64,000 nucleotides of DNA from Marsupella aquatica (GCA_973895155.1 OZ316895.1:7056184-7120183), one strand, 5' to 3'; shown: positions 35,401 through 49,160, counted from the stretch's first letter. Program-made: numbers and translations. Notes: a model not told the origin generated them from the sequence alone.

Positions 35401-38400
35401 TGACCTCACCGGAGGCTGGCAAGGTGTGTTTGACTTTTTATGTGTACATTTGTGAAATTGCTGGCGATGGAGGTCATTCGATTGTGATTTTTGAGTTCAT
35501 GGGAGCAGGTAGTTGTTGGGTCTGTACTTCCTGTTACTCAGAAGCTTGGGAACAGTGGGCAGGGAACAATATGTAGATTGTTTACATACGTCCGAAGGAC
35601 ACAGATACGAATGATAATGCTGCGAAGTCGTTCTAAATCAGAAGCTTTGCAAATCTGTTGCAGTAAAGATGCGATTCGTCAAAGTAAATATTAACATCGT
35701 TTTGACTGTTTCCTGTACAACAGGTGGGGACGATTCTTCCGGATCGGCGATCTTTCAGTGATGCCGCCGTCACCGTCCCAATCAAGAAAAGGAGACTGAT
35801 GATGGAAGTAGTTCGTTCCCCTTCACCACCTCCACGATCTCCTTCCCCTTCACCTCAGGTGGATACAATAGTTCCGAAGAGTGAGCTTGGGGAGCGGAAA
35901 GATTTGAATAATGTTGGAACTGAAGCGGTGCAGGGGTTAGAAGATGCAGAAATGGTGGAAGTTGGGTCCGTGGAACACGTGTTAGGAGATCCAAGTGTTG
36001 TGAGTCCATTTTCTAGAACGGGGCCTTCGGAACCGGTAGACAAGCGGTCTGTTGTCGAAGAGGCGCCGTTAGGGAAGTCTCCACCGGTGGGCAGCAAGTT
36101 TGAAGATGGAAGTGATGTGTCTGAAACTCAAGGGTCACTGGAAGCTGATGTACCTGAGAAGAACCATGCTTCTGTTGCAGCAGTTGTTGAAAGCAACAGG
36201 CAGGAGAATCACGCAGCTCATTCGGTCACCACAAATGACGATCTAGAAACTCAGGAATGTTTGAGGACTAAAACCTCAGCAGATGGGGTCGCGCACAACA
36301 ATGTAAAGGATGAAACATCCAATAAATCTGGACAACGTGGTCAACAAGGAGAGGCCAATGACTTAGGTGATACGGAAAACAAGGATGCCCCTGCGTCATC
36401 GAGTGCTAGTCAGAGTCGCTCACGGGATGTCAGACTGCATTGGGATTTGAACATGGACATGGAAGAGTGGGAAAGGCCACCTGAAGAGGACACAGGAACA
36501 TTTACAGGTGTGCAGCACGGCCAAGTGTCAAGTGCGAGTCCGGTGAATGATGTTGATGCTGCAGATGATCACAAAGCAAGCCCTGTTGCACAGAATGACT
36601 CCCTGCTTTCAGAGCAGGTTGAAGCGCAAGAAGTAATTGAGGATGTGCAAGCATTAAACGATAAGCGTGATGCCATCATGGAGGATCCTCAAGTCGAAGT
36701 GGAAGGGGAGGCTGAAGCTGAAGCTGACGCTGACGCTGACGCTGAAGGGGATGCTTCTTCAAACGATGCTGGAAGTGTTGAAAGCAAACACCGCGTGCAG
36801 ACGAAAGAGCTGAATTCTGTGACCAAAGAATCCTCCATTGAAGAATATTCTGACACACTTGAAGCTGAACATGTTGATTACGATGATTCCGAGTCTAGAC
36901 AAGGAGACGAACTTCAATCTGATGCGGAAGAACTAGTAGAAAGTGAATTGCGAGAAAACGCTGAGCCAGGTTTTCCAGGTGAAACATATGAAGCAAAAGA
37001 GGGTGATGTAGAAATGAACCATGGGCGTGGTGACAAAGTTACTGGACAAGGCGAGGGCGTCCCAACGGTTAGTGGAGATGTTAGTGCAGCGATTGCGGTT
37101 GAAGGGGTCGAAACTAGGTGTCCTAATACTGATTCTGAGTCTGGTAGGGTGAAGAACGTAGTTTTTCCGGAGTCGGACCCCGAGCTTAAAGAGTCTCATG
37201 GTGAGAAAGAGCTAGAGATCCAAGAGGAGCCGGAGGAGATACAAGAAGGCCAAGAGATACAAGAGGGGCTGCAGATACAGGAGGGGCTGGAGGTACAAGA
37301 GGGGATAGAGATACAAGAGGGAATAGAGGTGCGGGAGGGGATAGAGATACAAGAGAGAAAAGATAATCTCCCCGGCGCGGCAGCTGAAGGACTGTCACGT
37401 GAAAGGGTTGAAAGTGTTGTTACGAGGGAGGAGAAACGGGTGGACGAGGAGAAAGATGCTTCGACTCCAGGCTCATCTGCCAGACGAGTAGATGGCCAAT
37501 CCCGGCCCAAATCATCTGGTTGGGACCAGCTCCCGGAGGGATTTGACAAAGCAGAAGATGCATTGCGCGCAGCCAAAGAAAGCCCTGCTGGACGTAGTAG
37601 AGGGTCTGCTTGGGGAGCTGTGAATGGGAGGGGAAGTGCGAGTATCAGCCCTCGAGGTGGTCCTGCCACTACCCGATTTGGAAGGGGAATTCGTGCTGAG
37701 GGTGCTGGGGACAGGGCGAGATCTGAAGACTCCTGGCCAAGAGAGGATCATCAGCGGGTACAGAGGTTAGTACTGATCTTGAACTGCCTGTAGCAATGAA
37801 CTGTCCCGCTTCATCCCAGATTGCGTGCCTGCTTGGATGTGGCAACATTTGAGCAGCAAGTAAAGTCCGCTATCTTTTGTATTGTCGTATTGGTAGTCCA
37901 CCAGCAAATGGTTTTCTGAAGTATTTTAATGTTAGTAATTTAGTTTTGTGCTAGCATGGGTGTTTTAATCTTGGTCTTGGAGGTAATTTCATGACTTCTG
38001 AAGTAGTGGAATAGGCCAATGAAGCATGCGTTGATGTTGATCAATCATTTGTGGTGATTGACAGAGTCGATGAAAGTGTCGACATTAGCCCCAGAATTGC
38101 GTCGCCTCGGGAGCTTGGCCGTGGCAGGAGTCACGGAAGGGGAGGTTCTCCTGCAGTTCGTGGAAGGGGTCGAATGGAACCTTGGATGGACAGTCCCAGT
38201 GGTCCATCAAGTCCATGGGGGGGTCCAAATCGTCACCCCTCTCCACCTGGACATTTTGCAGATGGATTTGGACCCCGTGGTCCCACGAATGCCGCTACCA
38301 GGGCCCTTTTAAAGGTTGAAAGCAGTGGATTTGTAGTAGCACCAGACGGCACGCTTACCAAGGCTGGTGGCAGCTCAGGTCGAGGTCCTCCGCGGCCTTT

Positions 38401-39694
38401 TCAAAGTGGGGGTCGTAATGGTAGGGGAATACCCTTTAACATGGGAAGAGGAGGGCCAGGGATGAATATAGGTATGGGAATTAATCTAGGTGGAATGCGG
38501 GGTAACATGGGTATGGGAAGAGGAATGGGGGTGGGCCCTGGAATGGGTATGAATATGGGCATAAGCATGGGGATGGGGATGGGCGTTGGCCCTGGTGTAG
38601 GTATTGGCATGCCTGGACGCGGTGGACCTGGAGGTAGAGGAATGGACCGGTACAGTGGTCCGTATGGGGGTCGTGGTTCAGCTGGAGGCCCAGGGCTGGA
38701 ACACTCATCTTCCAGCAGGAGAGGCAGATCTTACGAGGACTACGGTGAAAGCTGGTCGAGGAGAGAGGATCGTAGCGCTTCTCCTAGGAAGCGGAGAAGT
38801 ACGTCAAGGAGATCACGCTCTGGCAGTCCATCAAGGTCTAAGTCTCGTACGAGATCTCCCAAAGCAAGAACACCACCCCGGCCAGCTAATAGTGGTGGTA
38901 GTGGTGGTGTCGTCGTCGGCAAGAGCAGTAAGAAACGTAGTCATTCTCCCGCCGTTCATAAATTTGAGGCAAGGGGGGAAAGAGCTGACTCATCGCCTGC
39001 ACGGCGTTCAGTCCCAGCACCACCAAAACTCCCTTTACCTCCGCCTCCGCCGCGAAGTCAGCGATCACCTCCAGCTGGGTTGAGACGCTTGAATGACAGC
39101 AAGAGAGACGGAGATAGAGCTCGATCCAGGGACAGAGAAAGAGAACGAGAGCGTGAAAGAGAAAGGGAAAGACCACCCACAACAAGGGCCCGCACTCCAC
39201 CGAGAAGAACGTCCCCCCATGTGGTGCATGGTTCAGCTTTGATGGATGAAAGAGATAGACAATTATTGGCCGGAATCAGGCATGTTTCACCTTTAAATGC
39301 GAGGAACAGGTCTTCTGAGAATCCAGGAACAGGTACTGTCACGTCTAGTCGAGATTCACCACCCCTTGTAAGTCCTGTTGGGCGCGTTGCTGAGGGAAGC
39401 ACTGAGGCGAGGAGACAATCAGGGGATGAAGGTGCGGATAGCAGAACGCATGGGTTTAAAAGGGAAGACATGGGGAGTAAAGCAGAGCAGAGAAGCAGCA
39501 AGGAGACCTCCCGGAGTGACCGTGAGCGCAACGCAAGGAGAGATGGTGGAAGAGACAGAGATGAGGAGAGGAGAGACGTTAGCAAGTCGAGCTACAGCAG
39601 TAGAGACAGGGATGGTAGGTCCAGCAGCAGCTTGAGGTACAACAGGGAAGGCGATGATGATGTTGCTCCTCGACGCAGGCGACCTTCTCCTTGA
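32479..39694 (+). CDS. PHD-finger protein joined to a long low-complexity region (PIKKRR, WDLN, KVESSGFVVAPDGT motifs; At5g13590-like), ~1687 aa, 6 exons
   Basis: join(32479..33213,33984..34061,34692..34814,34968..35423,35724..37765,38065..39694) = 5064 nt in frame, all GT-AG. PHD1 is CACG..MVACERCGAWEHAECQ..|IPAEYICSAC. A second Zn finger reads CCVC..C..HPSC..CQLC. Then a basic NLS-like PIKKRR, an EAR-like DLN, an acidic tract, an RGG/GM-rich tract and an RS/RE tail. Confidence 0.8.
37208..37356 (+). repeat. Coding 18-bp tandem repeat (hexapeptide xEIQEG, ~8 copies)
   Basis: LEIQEE PEEIQEG QEIQEG LQIQEG LEVQEG IEIQEG IEVREG IEIQER; gagatacaagag recurs. Confidence 0.85.
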
Positions 39695-42600
39695 TCAATC
39701 TAGATTGAGTAGAACGACAACTTCTCGTTTTTTAGGGGTTGCTTGTGTCCACAATGATTGGGCGGTTATTTTGGGGATTTGTAACTACAATGAGTCACTT
39801 TTTCCATGCATTTACTTATATCAGGTTGTGCGAATCCTGCACTCCAAAGTGTTTGCCTCACCATTCCCATTCCAGATCGATCAATCCAGTGAGCTAATTT
39901 TTCTTCCTTGACTGTAGAATAAAATGAGAAAGGTAATTTGTTGGAATGCAGCTTGTTCAGGTCTTCCTGTAACCTATGTCGAGAGAGATTCCGAGTTTTA
40001 CTTTGGAGGAAAGACCAAGTGTATTGATTGTAGTTTGTTCATGAGTTCAGTGCTCCTCCTGTTCATTCTGTGAGTTGCAACATGGCCAAGAAGATTCTTA
40101 CAGCGGTTATAAATCCGATCCCCATGGATTGCCTTCTGCGTTAGTTTTGATTGTTCTTTTCTCCTCAACGGTTAGAAAAAGAGGCGGTGGATTGTGGGAC
40201 ATACTAGATCACGTTGTGGAAGTGACTATGACCCACCATCTAGAAGCCTGCTGAAAAGCAACGATGGATGTGCTTACGTGCAGGGATAACTAGTCATCAC
40301 CCTGTCGCCTTGGGCAACCTATCCACCTTCAGTCTCCACTCTCCAGTGACGGCGGCTACCTTCACCTGTAGTTCTGGCTTACGATAATTGCATAACACTA
40401 TCTAACTGTGCAACTTGGGGGCCACTTGATGTAATCAAATTTAGACACTGCAAAGCTGTAAGGACGTAATCCATCGTTGGATTTGGTATTTCTTCAGGTG
40501 ATCAGCACCTTTTCATCGGGCTGCCCGTCTCAGGCACCACTTGAACTCCATATGGAGTATGTACTTGGAGAAGGTATTAGTCTCGGTAGTTTATATAGCG
40601 AACTTGAGAAAAAAGTGACAGTTAAATTGTCTTGTGACAGCAGGAAACACTCTTAAACTACGTGAAAAATAGTCTCACTCTTAAAAACGAGTGAGACTTG
40701 TGACACAACTTCTTACTTTTCCAAAATATCCCGTGTTCTTTTGTACAGAAATGATATAAAAAATGGTGGACAGACTTTTGCAACCCGCACCACTGCAGTG
40801 AAATTTCTTTGCTCATATATATGAATTATATATGGATGAGTGGAATGGGGCAAGAATTATTATTATTATTTCTCCCTATAATTATATATATGAGTGAGTG
40901 GAATGGCGCAAGTAATTTATTTTTTCCTCATATTGCCTGGATTAAATCCATGAGTGAAGTGCTGCAAGAAAATGATACAGAATCTTTGGAAAATTGTAGG
41001 TGTCTCGAGTTTTGAAAAGGGACAAGAAAATGATACTGAATCTTTGGCAATTTGTAAGTCTCAATATTCAACAAAATTTGAATATTAGGTTAGTGGGTAA
41101 GAACAAGTGGTTATGCCGAACCCCCCAAAAGCAAACTTTATTAAATATGAGGTACTCAGAGCCTACTTGTATGTGGGCGGCCCTGAAAAGTGTAGCCCTT
41201 ACCAATAGCTAAATAATCTGCAAAAAAACAAATCTTTATTCACAACAGGATCTGAGAGTGCAACTCGTGCTGTGCGCATGACCCTCTGTAGCAGTCCCCC
41301 ATTCCTGGGCAGGTACTTTGCGCTTCTGAATTGGTCACTTTTTGTTTATTCATAGGACAACGGCCGGGACCTCAAGGGCCGGAAAGTTTATCGTCCTTGC
41401 CCTTGAGTCTCCACAAGAGATGTGATCGAAAAGTGGACCTCCTCAGCTCCAGACTTAAGAAGAACAAGAAAGTAACTATTGCAAAGGTTTGATGCTCTCC
41501 AACTCTGCAGCAGTTTCTTACTCGGGTATTTTACCACCTCGTAGTGGTACTGGCACAGCGAAAGCTGGAGTTGTGGTACTTAGATAACGAGGTATTAAAG
41601 CGGAAGGTTTCGTAGCTACTTCATTGTCTAAAATGAGTCTTGTGAATCCTGGAGCAGACAACCAACACTGAAAGAATCAACCGACACTGATCAGTTTGCA
41701 AGTCTGTCTGAATCAACCGACACTGCAAGAGAGAAATTCAGTTTGCAGATTAGATTATTACGGCTGGAATTGAACGACGTCATCTAATCAATTTTAATAT
41801 TGAAACGAATTCCAAAGTATAAACGAGAAGCATAGAAATTGTAGCCATAATTTCTCATGAGCAGCAGCGCTATACGATTAATTGTCCCACACAATTATGG
41901 ATGAAAGGCAATGTAAAAGAGAATGAACACTTGTCTTTAGTTCAATTCCTCCGTTGCTCAAGGGACAATTGAATGGAGCAGGGAGTAGCCCGAGTACATG
42001 TGTTCGTCCTGTGACACCTACTCTGAATCTAATCAGCATTAATTGTCCAGATGCTTTAAGGAGACACCTAGCTGATTCATATTACGTAAACTGTGGCTTT
42101 GTGTCAAGACAAAATATGAAATAAGTGACTTTATAAAAGATTGAATGAATAATTTTGACGTTCTGTAAGTTGAGCAGACCGTAGACATTCTGCACCGTTA
42201 CACTGTAACTCATGCTAAATGAACCCTGATCCAACTCATTCGATCAATTATGCCCTCACCGGAGGGGTATGTATCCGTAATTGACAACTGCTGGGAGGGA
42301 AACCGTTGTCTAGTGGCCATTGAGATGCTCCTATGGGCTGCTGCCTCAGTTCTGGTGTTCGAAGCTGTCTTTGAGTTCCGATTCCATAAACATATATGAC
42401 ACAAACTGCTGTAATGTTGAACGTTTGATCTGGATCCCACTAGAAAGCCTCCTCTACCGCACATAATGAACGCGAAAAGACTTCAAGTAAAAACCGGAAA
42501 GCCGGAATGTCCGTGGCTTATTCGCGCTCACCGTGGACACCGGATGTGAAATCGAAACACGCATGGTTCTGCTCAAATGATTGAGAGACACCTGCTGAAC

Positions 42601-42743
42601 AGCTACCGCAGTTCGAAAACGTACTCCGCAGTGAATCGCAAGATTCGCCGGATGTAAATTTGAGACTGGAGCTTTCCCACAGCTAGAGGCCAGTGGAACT
42701 TGACAATTGCGCTGAATATAGTGGACACTGCTCCGGCAGTAAA

Positions 42744-42848
42744 TTTAATCATAGGGTCCATCGATTCGACCATACGTGCATGGTATTCATACCATTTATA
42801 CTCGAATCAGTACAATGTATGGTCCAATCAATGGACCCGATCATTAAA
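42744..42848. repeat. ~105-nt hairpin: 32-bp arms with 4 mismatches (miRNA-like or micro-MITE)
   Basis: tttaatcatagggtccatcgattcgaccatac (42744-42775) against the reverse complement of 42817-42848 (tttaatgatcgggtccattgattggaccatac). The loop holds a second small palindrome, atggtat-tc-ataccat. Confidence 0.8.
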
Positions 42849-42908
42849 TCACCCTAGCTAGACACACATTGGAAGCTAGATCATAGACCGTTCCGATTTG
42901 TGATCTAG

Positions 42909-43148
42909 CTAGATGCGGGAGAAGCCTGCGCCGGATGGAAAGTAGTTGACCACAATGGGAATAGGAGCAGACTTCTCTCTGCCCGAAGACCGCTTGCTTG
43001 TGATCTTCTGCTGCTGCTCAGAAACTATACTATCATGTGCACCAGCGTCTCCAACCTTCACATTGCCGAACATTTTCGAGAACCATTTAGACGAGATTCC
43101 TTTCGAACTGACATCCAGTGTCGAGTGAGACTTTTTGGAAGACTCCAT
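42909..43148 (-). CDS. Small uncharacterised plant protein, 79 aa, C-terminal PIVVNYFPSGAGFSRI
   Basis: ATG at 43148 is preceded by an acceptor-like cttgtag|ag. It shares SSKW..K..GN.KV and P.VVNYFPSG.G..R(I/L) with the ORF at 63067-63270. Confidence 0.75.
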   Translation of the reverse strand: MESSKKSHSTLDVSSKGISSKWFSKMFGNVKVGDAGAHDSIVSEQQQKITSKRSSGREKSAPIPIVVNYFPSGAGFSRI

Positions 43149-43761
43149 CTCTACAAGTAGATCTCGCGACTGCACAGAAGCCGTGGGCAGATGGATATTC
43201 AGTATATCGATGACCACTGCCTTTAAATATATTGGACAATGTAAATCTCTGCAGGAGCTGCGTGAAGAATTCTATTTGTCCGCCAAGGATCAAAATCACT
43301 CGACCTGAAGCGTGCTAGAATTGCTTCGCACTACATAGAATGGTTCAATCGTGCTGAACAAATCACAACTTGAGATCATTAGCTCTTGAGATGATGGAGG
43401 TGTACATTCGAATCAGAAGAGCTAGAGGACTTGTGAGTTTGCGCAGCTCTATCATACATTTGTATAGTGGTGGCTGATGGGTACTCGGCATGAAGAAAGG
43501 GCATTTGGAGACCGAATGGGGCGTTGCGTAGGTGTGTCTTCGCGGTCAAATAAGACGAAGTCCTACAACGCGACAATCAAATCGACATGATGACGGATGC
43601 AAAGACCAAGGGAGAAGTCAGATGGAGCCTGTGTTTCAAAGAATACTAGTAAGGGTAGGGTAGGCTATAGAGTTATCGTGCATGGATGCTCACTTAATTT
43701 ACTTCTATAATATACAATGCCATTAAAAAACTCTTTTCGAACAGGAATTAATTTTTTTTTC

Positions 43762-44640
43762 ATTTTTGCTCTTGGATTGATTGACTAGGTATATCAAATC
43801 AATGTCAAATGATATGTTTATTTTAATACTAAAATACAAAAGATGATACTTATGTAACATCTTATATGACATGATACTTATGTGATCATATTATCTGATC
43901 ATCTTAAATGTGTGTTTTTTTTTCAAGCATGAAAGTATACATGAATGGAAGGAGAATAATAAATATTTGGATTTATACATAGCCAATGAAAATCTAGAAG
44001 GAAGGAAAATGGGTTGATTTTTCTTCTTTTTTTTCTTCTCTTTATTTAATTGTACATTTTTCCTGTTTGTTTAATGATGCCAATGTAAGAAAAAAGTGCG
44101 GAATGGAGTGGCATAAAAGTGAAAAAATAGGAAAAAGAGAAAGAGAAAAATTTAAAATATTTCCTTCCCAGTAGTATGAAAGCATCTGGGGTCATCATCT
44201 CTCTTGCACTCAGTCTCACTCTCCCAGATCCATGCTTTCCCAACAATATAGCTTTCACAACAAAACAATATCTTATTCAAAAATAAAATAAAAATGCAAA
44301 AAGCAAAGTCAATTGTTTTTACATATTTTGATTATATTTTTATTTTAGGTTTTATAGAAAATATATCTCAAATCAAAAAATGTAAATACCCATTTTCCTT
44401 CCTTTTAGAGTCTCATAGGCTATGTAAACATCCAAAAATTTATCATGCCCCAAAAGATTCTCCTTCTATTAGTGTGTACTTTCATACTTGAAAAAAGACA
44501 CATTTAAGATGATCAGATGATGACACATAAGTATCATGTCATATAAAATGTGAGATAAGTATCATCTCATATACTTTATATTTTACTAATAAAATAAGTA
44601 TATTTTTTGACATACCTGGTCAATCAATCTAAGAGCCCAA
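43762..44640. mobile_element. Foldback/MITE-like element with ~250-bp imperfect terminal inverted repeats
   Basis: ~43765-44013 (gctcttggattgattgactaggtat...atctgatcatcttaaatgtgt...gaaggaaggaaaatgggt) is the reverse complement of ~44388-44640 (acccattttccttcct...acacatttaagatgatcagat...atacctggtcaatcaatctaagagc). Confidence 0.85.
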
Positions 44641-45317
44641 AAAAATATTTGAAAAAATCTGATGACTCGGGTTTGTTCCCTCCATTCATGAATTTGTAAG
44701 CAGACTAAAAGAGATTTTTGGGACAATCACTATATTTATTAAAACTGAAATTATAAAGGATATAGGGAAATTTGGCGATTTAAAAACATAGTTTTAGGCA
44801 TGAAAATTGTAAATTTGGAAGATGAAAAATGAAAATTCAAGCATCATTAAATGTAAATTTGGGGACAAAAAAATGAAATTTTGGGAAAGTAAAATATTAA
44901 ATTGGATGATATTAAAAAACATTTGGGTGATAAAAGTGTTCATTTGGTTGGAAAATAGATAGAATCTAGTAATAACATATAAGCTTGGATAACATCTATA
45001 TTCAAAACATTTAGCTTGAGTAAGATATCTAACTAAGCACCAATACAATGGAATGACTATATTGTCTAGACAAAGTTAACTAGGATGATATCCAACCTAC
45101 TAGAAGGAATGAAATGGCATCATTTTCTAGAATTAAAATATACTAAGACAAATAAAATAATAATTATAAGAAAGTCCATTCAATAACTTTGAGAGATCAT
45201 AGAGTATTAATTTGATAATACTCTATGATCACTTTAGACAAACGCATGGAAATCAACTCGACCCTCTTAATCACAAGTCATTTGAGTGGAGACTTGTAAC
45301 CTACGAGTTCTATCAAT

Positions 45318-48300
45318 CTACTCATCAATTATACCTTCCATGTAAATTTTGAGAGTTTTCAAAACATTCTTAGGAATTGTCAAACCTCTATCCATAATAT
45401 TTTGTTCTTTAGCACCTGACTTAAACCCATACATTGCAGAATTTGCAAACTGCCAACTTTGAGACTTAACATTGTCAAACCCAGGATCCAGCTCCCAAGT
45501 CTTAGTGGTTTGAAAGCAATGTTCATATTGAACATCATCCTTTGGATCATGCTTACCATGTTTAGGCCTCCACCATTGTACTTGGAACATAGGAGCATTC
45601 CTAAGAGGAATGCTCTCAACAGACGTTGAAGAAGACCCTTCAATATGTTGCAAATCTATTGAGGGAACCTCATGGTTTGGATCCACACCACCCAAAGCTC
45701 GAATCAACCAGAAACGCCCTTTGCCATTTTCATGTTCCCATTCATCCTTTGGACGTAAAAATACAAAGTGACCTTCTTGAATATCTTGTAGAGGAATCCA
45801 ACGTGCAGGTTCTCGCTCTTGTCGTGCACCAACAAAGGGTGCAGCTTGATCTTCCATCTCTTCCATGTACTCATTTTGAAGGTCCATCATCTCTGGATTT
45901 TGAGAAGGTTCACTTGATGGCTGAGATGTCCCCAAAATCATCTTGTAACCTGTGCCATGGTTAGTCTTTGGCCAAAAATCAGTTGTCAATGGCAATTGTC
46001 TTTCCCCCTCCCCTTCTATTGTAAGTTCCTCGGACATTGCTTGCACAAGATTCTCCCAATATTTGACCAGAGGAAATCTCTCTTTATATGCTGCAGAGGT
46101 CTCATCCTTACAACTTTTCTTCAAGAAATCAATATAGCGATTAAGGAATGGGATGATTTCTCCAACCTTCTTTTGTACATCCCCAGATATAGGTTTTGCA
46201 AATGGTTGGCCTTCCGGTAAAATGAGCGCATTTGTGATGGGATCAGTTCTCCAAATGGACCTCCCCATTGCCGGAAGCCAAGGTTGCTTGACATGTGCTT
46301 TATATTGATACACTGGCACATTATCCCTCATGGAGAAAAAAATGCCACTGGTCTTGAGTGACCTTCTATCTCTTTCACCTGGAAAGTTTTCAAATACTCC
46401 TTGTAAGATGCAACCTCTTGAATCAATCGTGGTACAGGATGAATGCTTTCACACTCCCAAACCTCAGCGATCAACCCCAAGAGGGTAGCAACCTCTTTGT
46501 ATCTGACCTGTTTGGATACTTGAGAAAATAATGCATCCGCGTCTTCATGGGTGTGGCCAACCATGAGGAATGACATTTGCACAGTTTCAAACACCCCCTG
46601 CTAACAAGCTCAGTGCAAAATGTCATCACATATTGATTTTTGTTATCTTTCCCTGAATTGTTCATCTGCAACGTTAGGTGCCTTGGTAAGGGCTTGAAAG
46701 AGCCCCTAGTAGTCTCAGGATCATCCTTAGAACCAACATCCACTGTGTTTGACTTTTTAGTCTCTTGACCATCTTCAATGCCTTGAAATCGAACAATTGA
46801 AACATTTTGGGTTCCAAGTAACCGGCCAGAAATGCTTCAAAGTCTAGAAGGGGCTGAAATATTGGCCTAGTTGCATTCCAATTCAATCCCTCAAGAAGGT
46901 CTCCAGTTTTGTCTCCTGTGTAATCTTCCAAATCTCGGAGGCATTTGGCCAAAGATATCACGGTAAAGTCTGCATCTCCAGGCCAAAGTCCAGTCAAACT
47001 GAAATGTGCATACACTCCAAGATCTCTTCCATGGGTTAACATCCCAGTAAGAGCAATAGGCAAAGGCTGACCACTACCAGAGAGGGATTTTGGAGTGGGG
47101 ACCAACATGGGGATCCAAGTCTTGGCTTGATCCATCTTATCGTGAATAATGCAAAGATAGTTTTGAGGATCCTTCTTTGCAAGAACCCTATGAGCAAAGT
47201 AAACATATCTTCTTGACATTTGTTCACGAAGATGTCGCGCTTTTTTCTCTTCAATCTCTGCACGCTCTTTTTTTCTCTTCTCCCGCATCAATTGATCTTT
47301 GAACTCAGTGCAAAATGTGCACTTGGCAAATGCACTTCCCTTGTGAAAGTCAAAATTATCAAATGAGTTTTTCCAGATGTTGTACATAGTAACTTCAGTA
47401 ACCTTAGCAAACCCATCTAATTCCATCTTGGTAAACACCTCTTGGAAAATCTCCTTCTTAGTAAAACAAGATGGGAGCCGATATTCAATAGTGTCAGTGC
47501 CGTTGGACCCACCATAGGGAAGATGTGGCATTGGTTCCCCATTTTGGATTAAAATGGACTCCAACAAGGCGCGAGCGTGCAAAGTGCTTGATCGTGTCTT
47601 CCGTTGTCCCTGATTTCCATGGAAACCAATTGTGCAGCCTGCTTCGTATTGATTTTTGTAGTCATAGTACTTTGTTGTACTGAACCCATGCATTTTAATA
47701 AATGCATCTTTACAAACCACACGTCCCTTTAGAACAAAAAATCCCTTTCTCTTGACTTGCTCCTCTCTACACCCAAAGAGACTAAAGATGTGACTTGTTT
47801 TGTTGTCACTTGATATTCCATGGTATTCCCTCCTCATTGCCTCTAAGTCCTCCCTGGGCATGTTCAAGCAACACTTCAGCTTGCAACAACCTTCTCTTTG
47901 GATGGAATCAATGGACTCCTCGGTAATTTTCAAAAGTGCCCTCGACTCCAAATGCCTTTTCTTCTTCTCCTCAAGATCAACTTTTGTCCTCCTAATGAAA
48001 TTGTATGGTCTTTTTGTAGGTTTACCATCACCATCCGAATCCAGATCGCCCTTAGTTCGACCCGACTCCATCCACTTCTCTAAAACTTCCTCAAGGATAT
48101 CCCCAAGAAACCTTTGAGATGAAATCAATAGAAGGGATTTGATTTCCCACCTCACCAAGCCAGGGGTACCAACACAGATATTTGGAAATAATCTGGGTTC
48201 ATTGATATTCACAACAGCAACACCAACATGATCTGCACCAAGAAGTTCATCGTCAATGGCACCTGTTTCAAATGGGACCGTGATAACATCTGTTGCAACC

Positions 48301-49034
48301 TTCCAACAACGAGAAACGTCATACAAATCAACCTCCTCCGCCATCCAGTTGGAACGTAGTGTAAAATCTTTTAATGGAAGATCATTGAAAATATTTGAAC
48401 TACCAAACACGCCAAAATCTCGTAGAGTGCCCTTTCTAGAAACATGCGCAACATCCCAGATAACCCAGGTATGCAAGGCCTCTTCTATTGTATCAGCTCC
48501 AGGGTGCGAGTATGGTAATTTTTGATTTCCCTTAACAGTATCAGATATTCTTAAACTGATGCGACCAACCCCGAGTGTTTCAGTATGACAAATATCCATC
48601 GGATTTGTCTTGAAAACGACTCCATTTGCAACCAATTGATAAAAAATGAACATCTGAACTTCATCTCCTTCCTTGAACACGTCCTCTTCAACCCTTGCAT
48701 CAATTTTGGATTTATCATTTCCAGCATCTCCAGCCAAAGAGAAATCATCAACATTGATTCTTCGGCGCTGAGTTGATGACCTCAAGTATGCCAATGCACA
48801 ATCCCAAATCATGCAGGAGTCAATTGCCTCAGCCAATGTAGAAAATTTGGGCGAAGGAAATGGAATTTGACGCGATCCATCAAAACACTTTTCGATCAAT
48901 ACCCCAATTCGATTATCCCCTAGACAAATGTTCTGTATAGTATCCTGGGGGTCAACCTTTTGAACTATCCCAATTGCCGTTTCAAATCCATCGATCACCA
49001 ATGACACTTCATCCCCTCGTGTAAAATTGATCAT
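45318..49034 (-). pseudogene. Transposase pseudogene: 3 x Tnp1/En-Spm-like N-terminal repeats + Sola/DUF7869-like DDD core + C-terminal SH3/Tudor-like region
   Basis: FAKCTFC; IIHDKMDQAKTWIP; LTLQMNNSGKDNKN (normally LQxDN..xNKN, so D>N here); FLMVGHTHEDADALFS. The core is spread over four ORFs by frameshifts near ~46800, ~46595 and ~46335. The N-terminus has three G.EV...VA.G.V...LG...V.I...P...W(D/E) units. Confidence 0.8.
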
Positions 49035-49160
49035 GATAGCGGACTATCTATATTCAAATAAAGTTAGAAATTGTTAAGTTCCCCATGTTACAATCATGTT
49101 TCAAAATCTGGACTCTCCTCCAAAAAATATTGTAAAATCACTCAAAACCCTAAATACATT

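Noticed and set aside
37196-39585. Long antisense ORFs (37196-37669, 39058-39585) and alternative-frame ORFs
   Set aside because: These are shadows of low-complexity sense coding sequence with no independent motifs.
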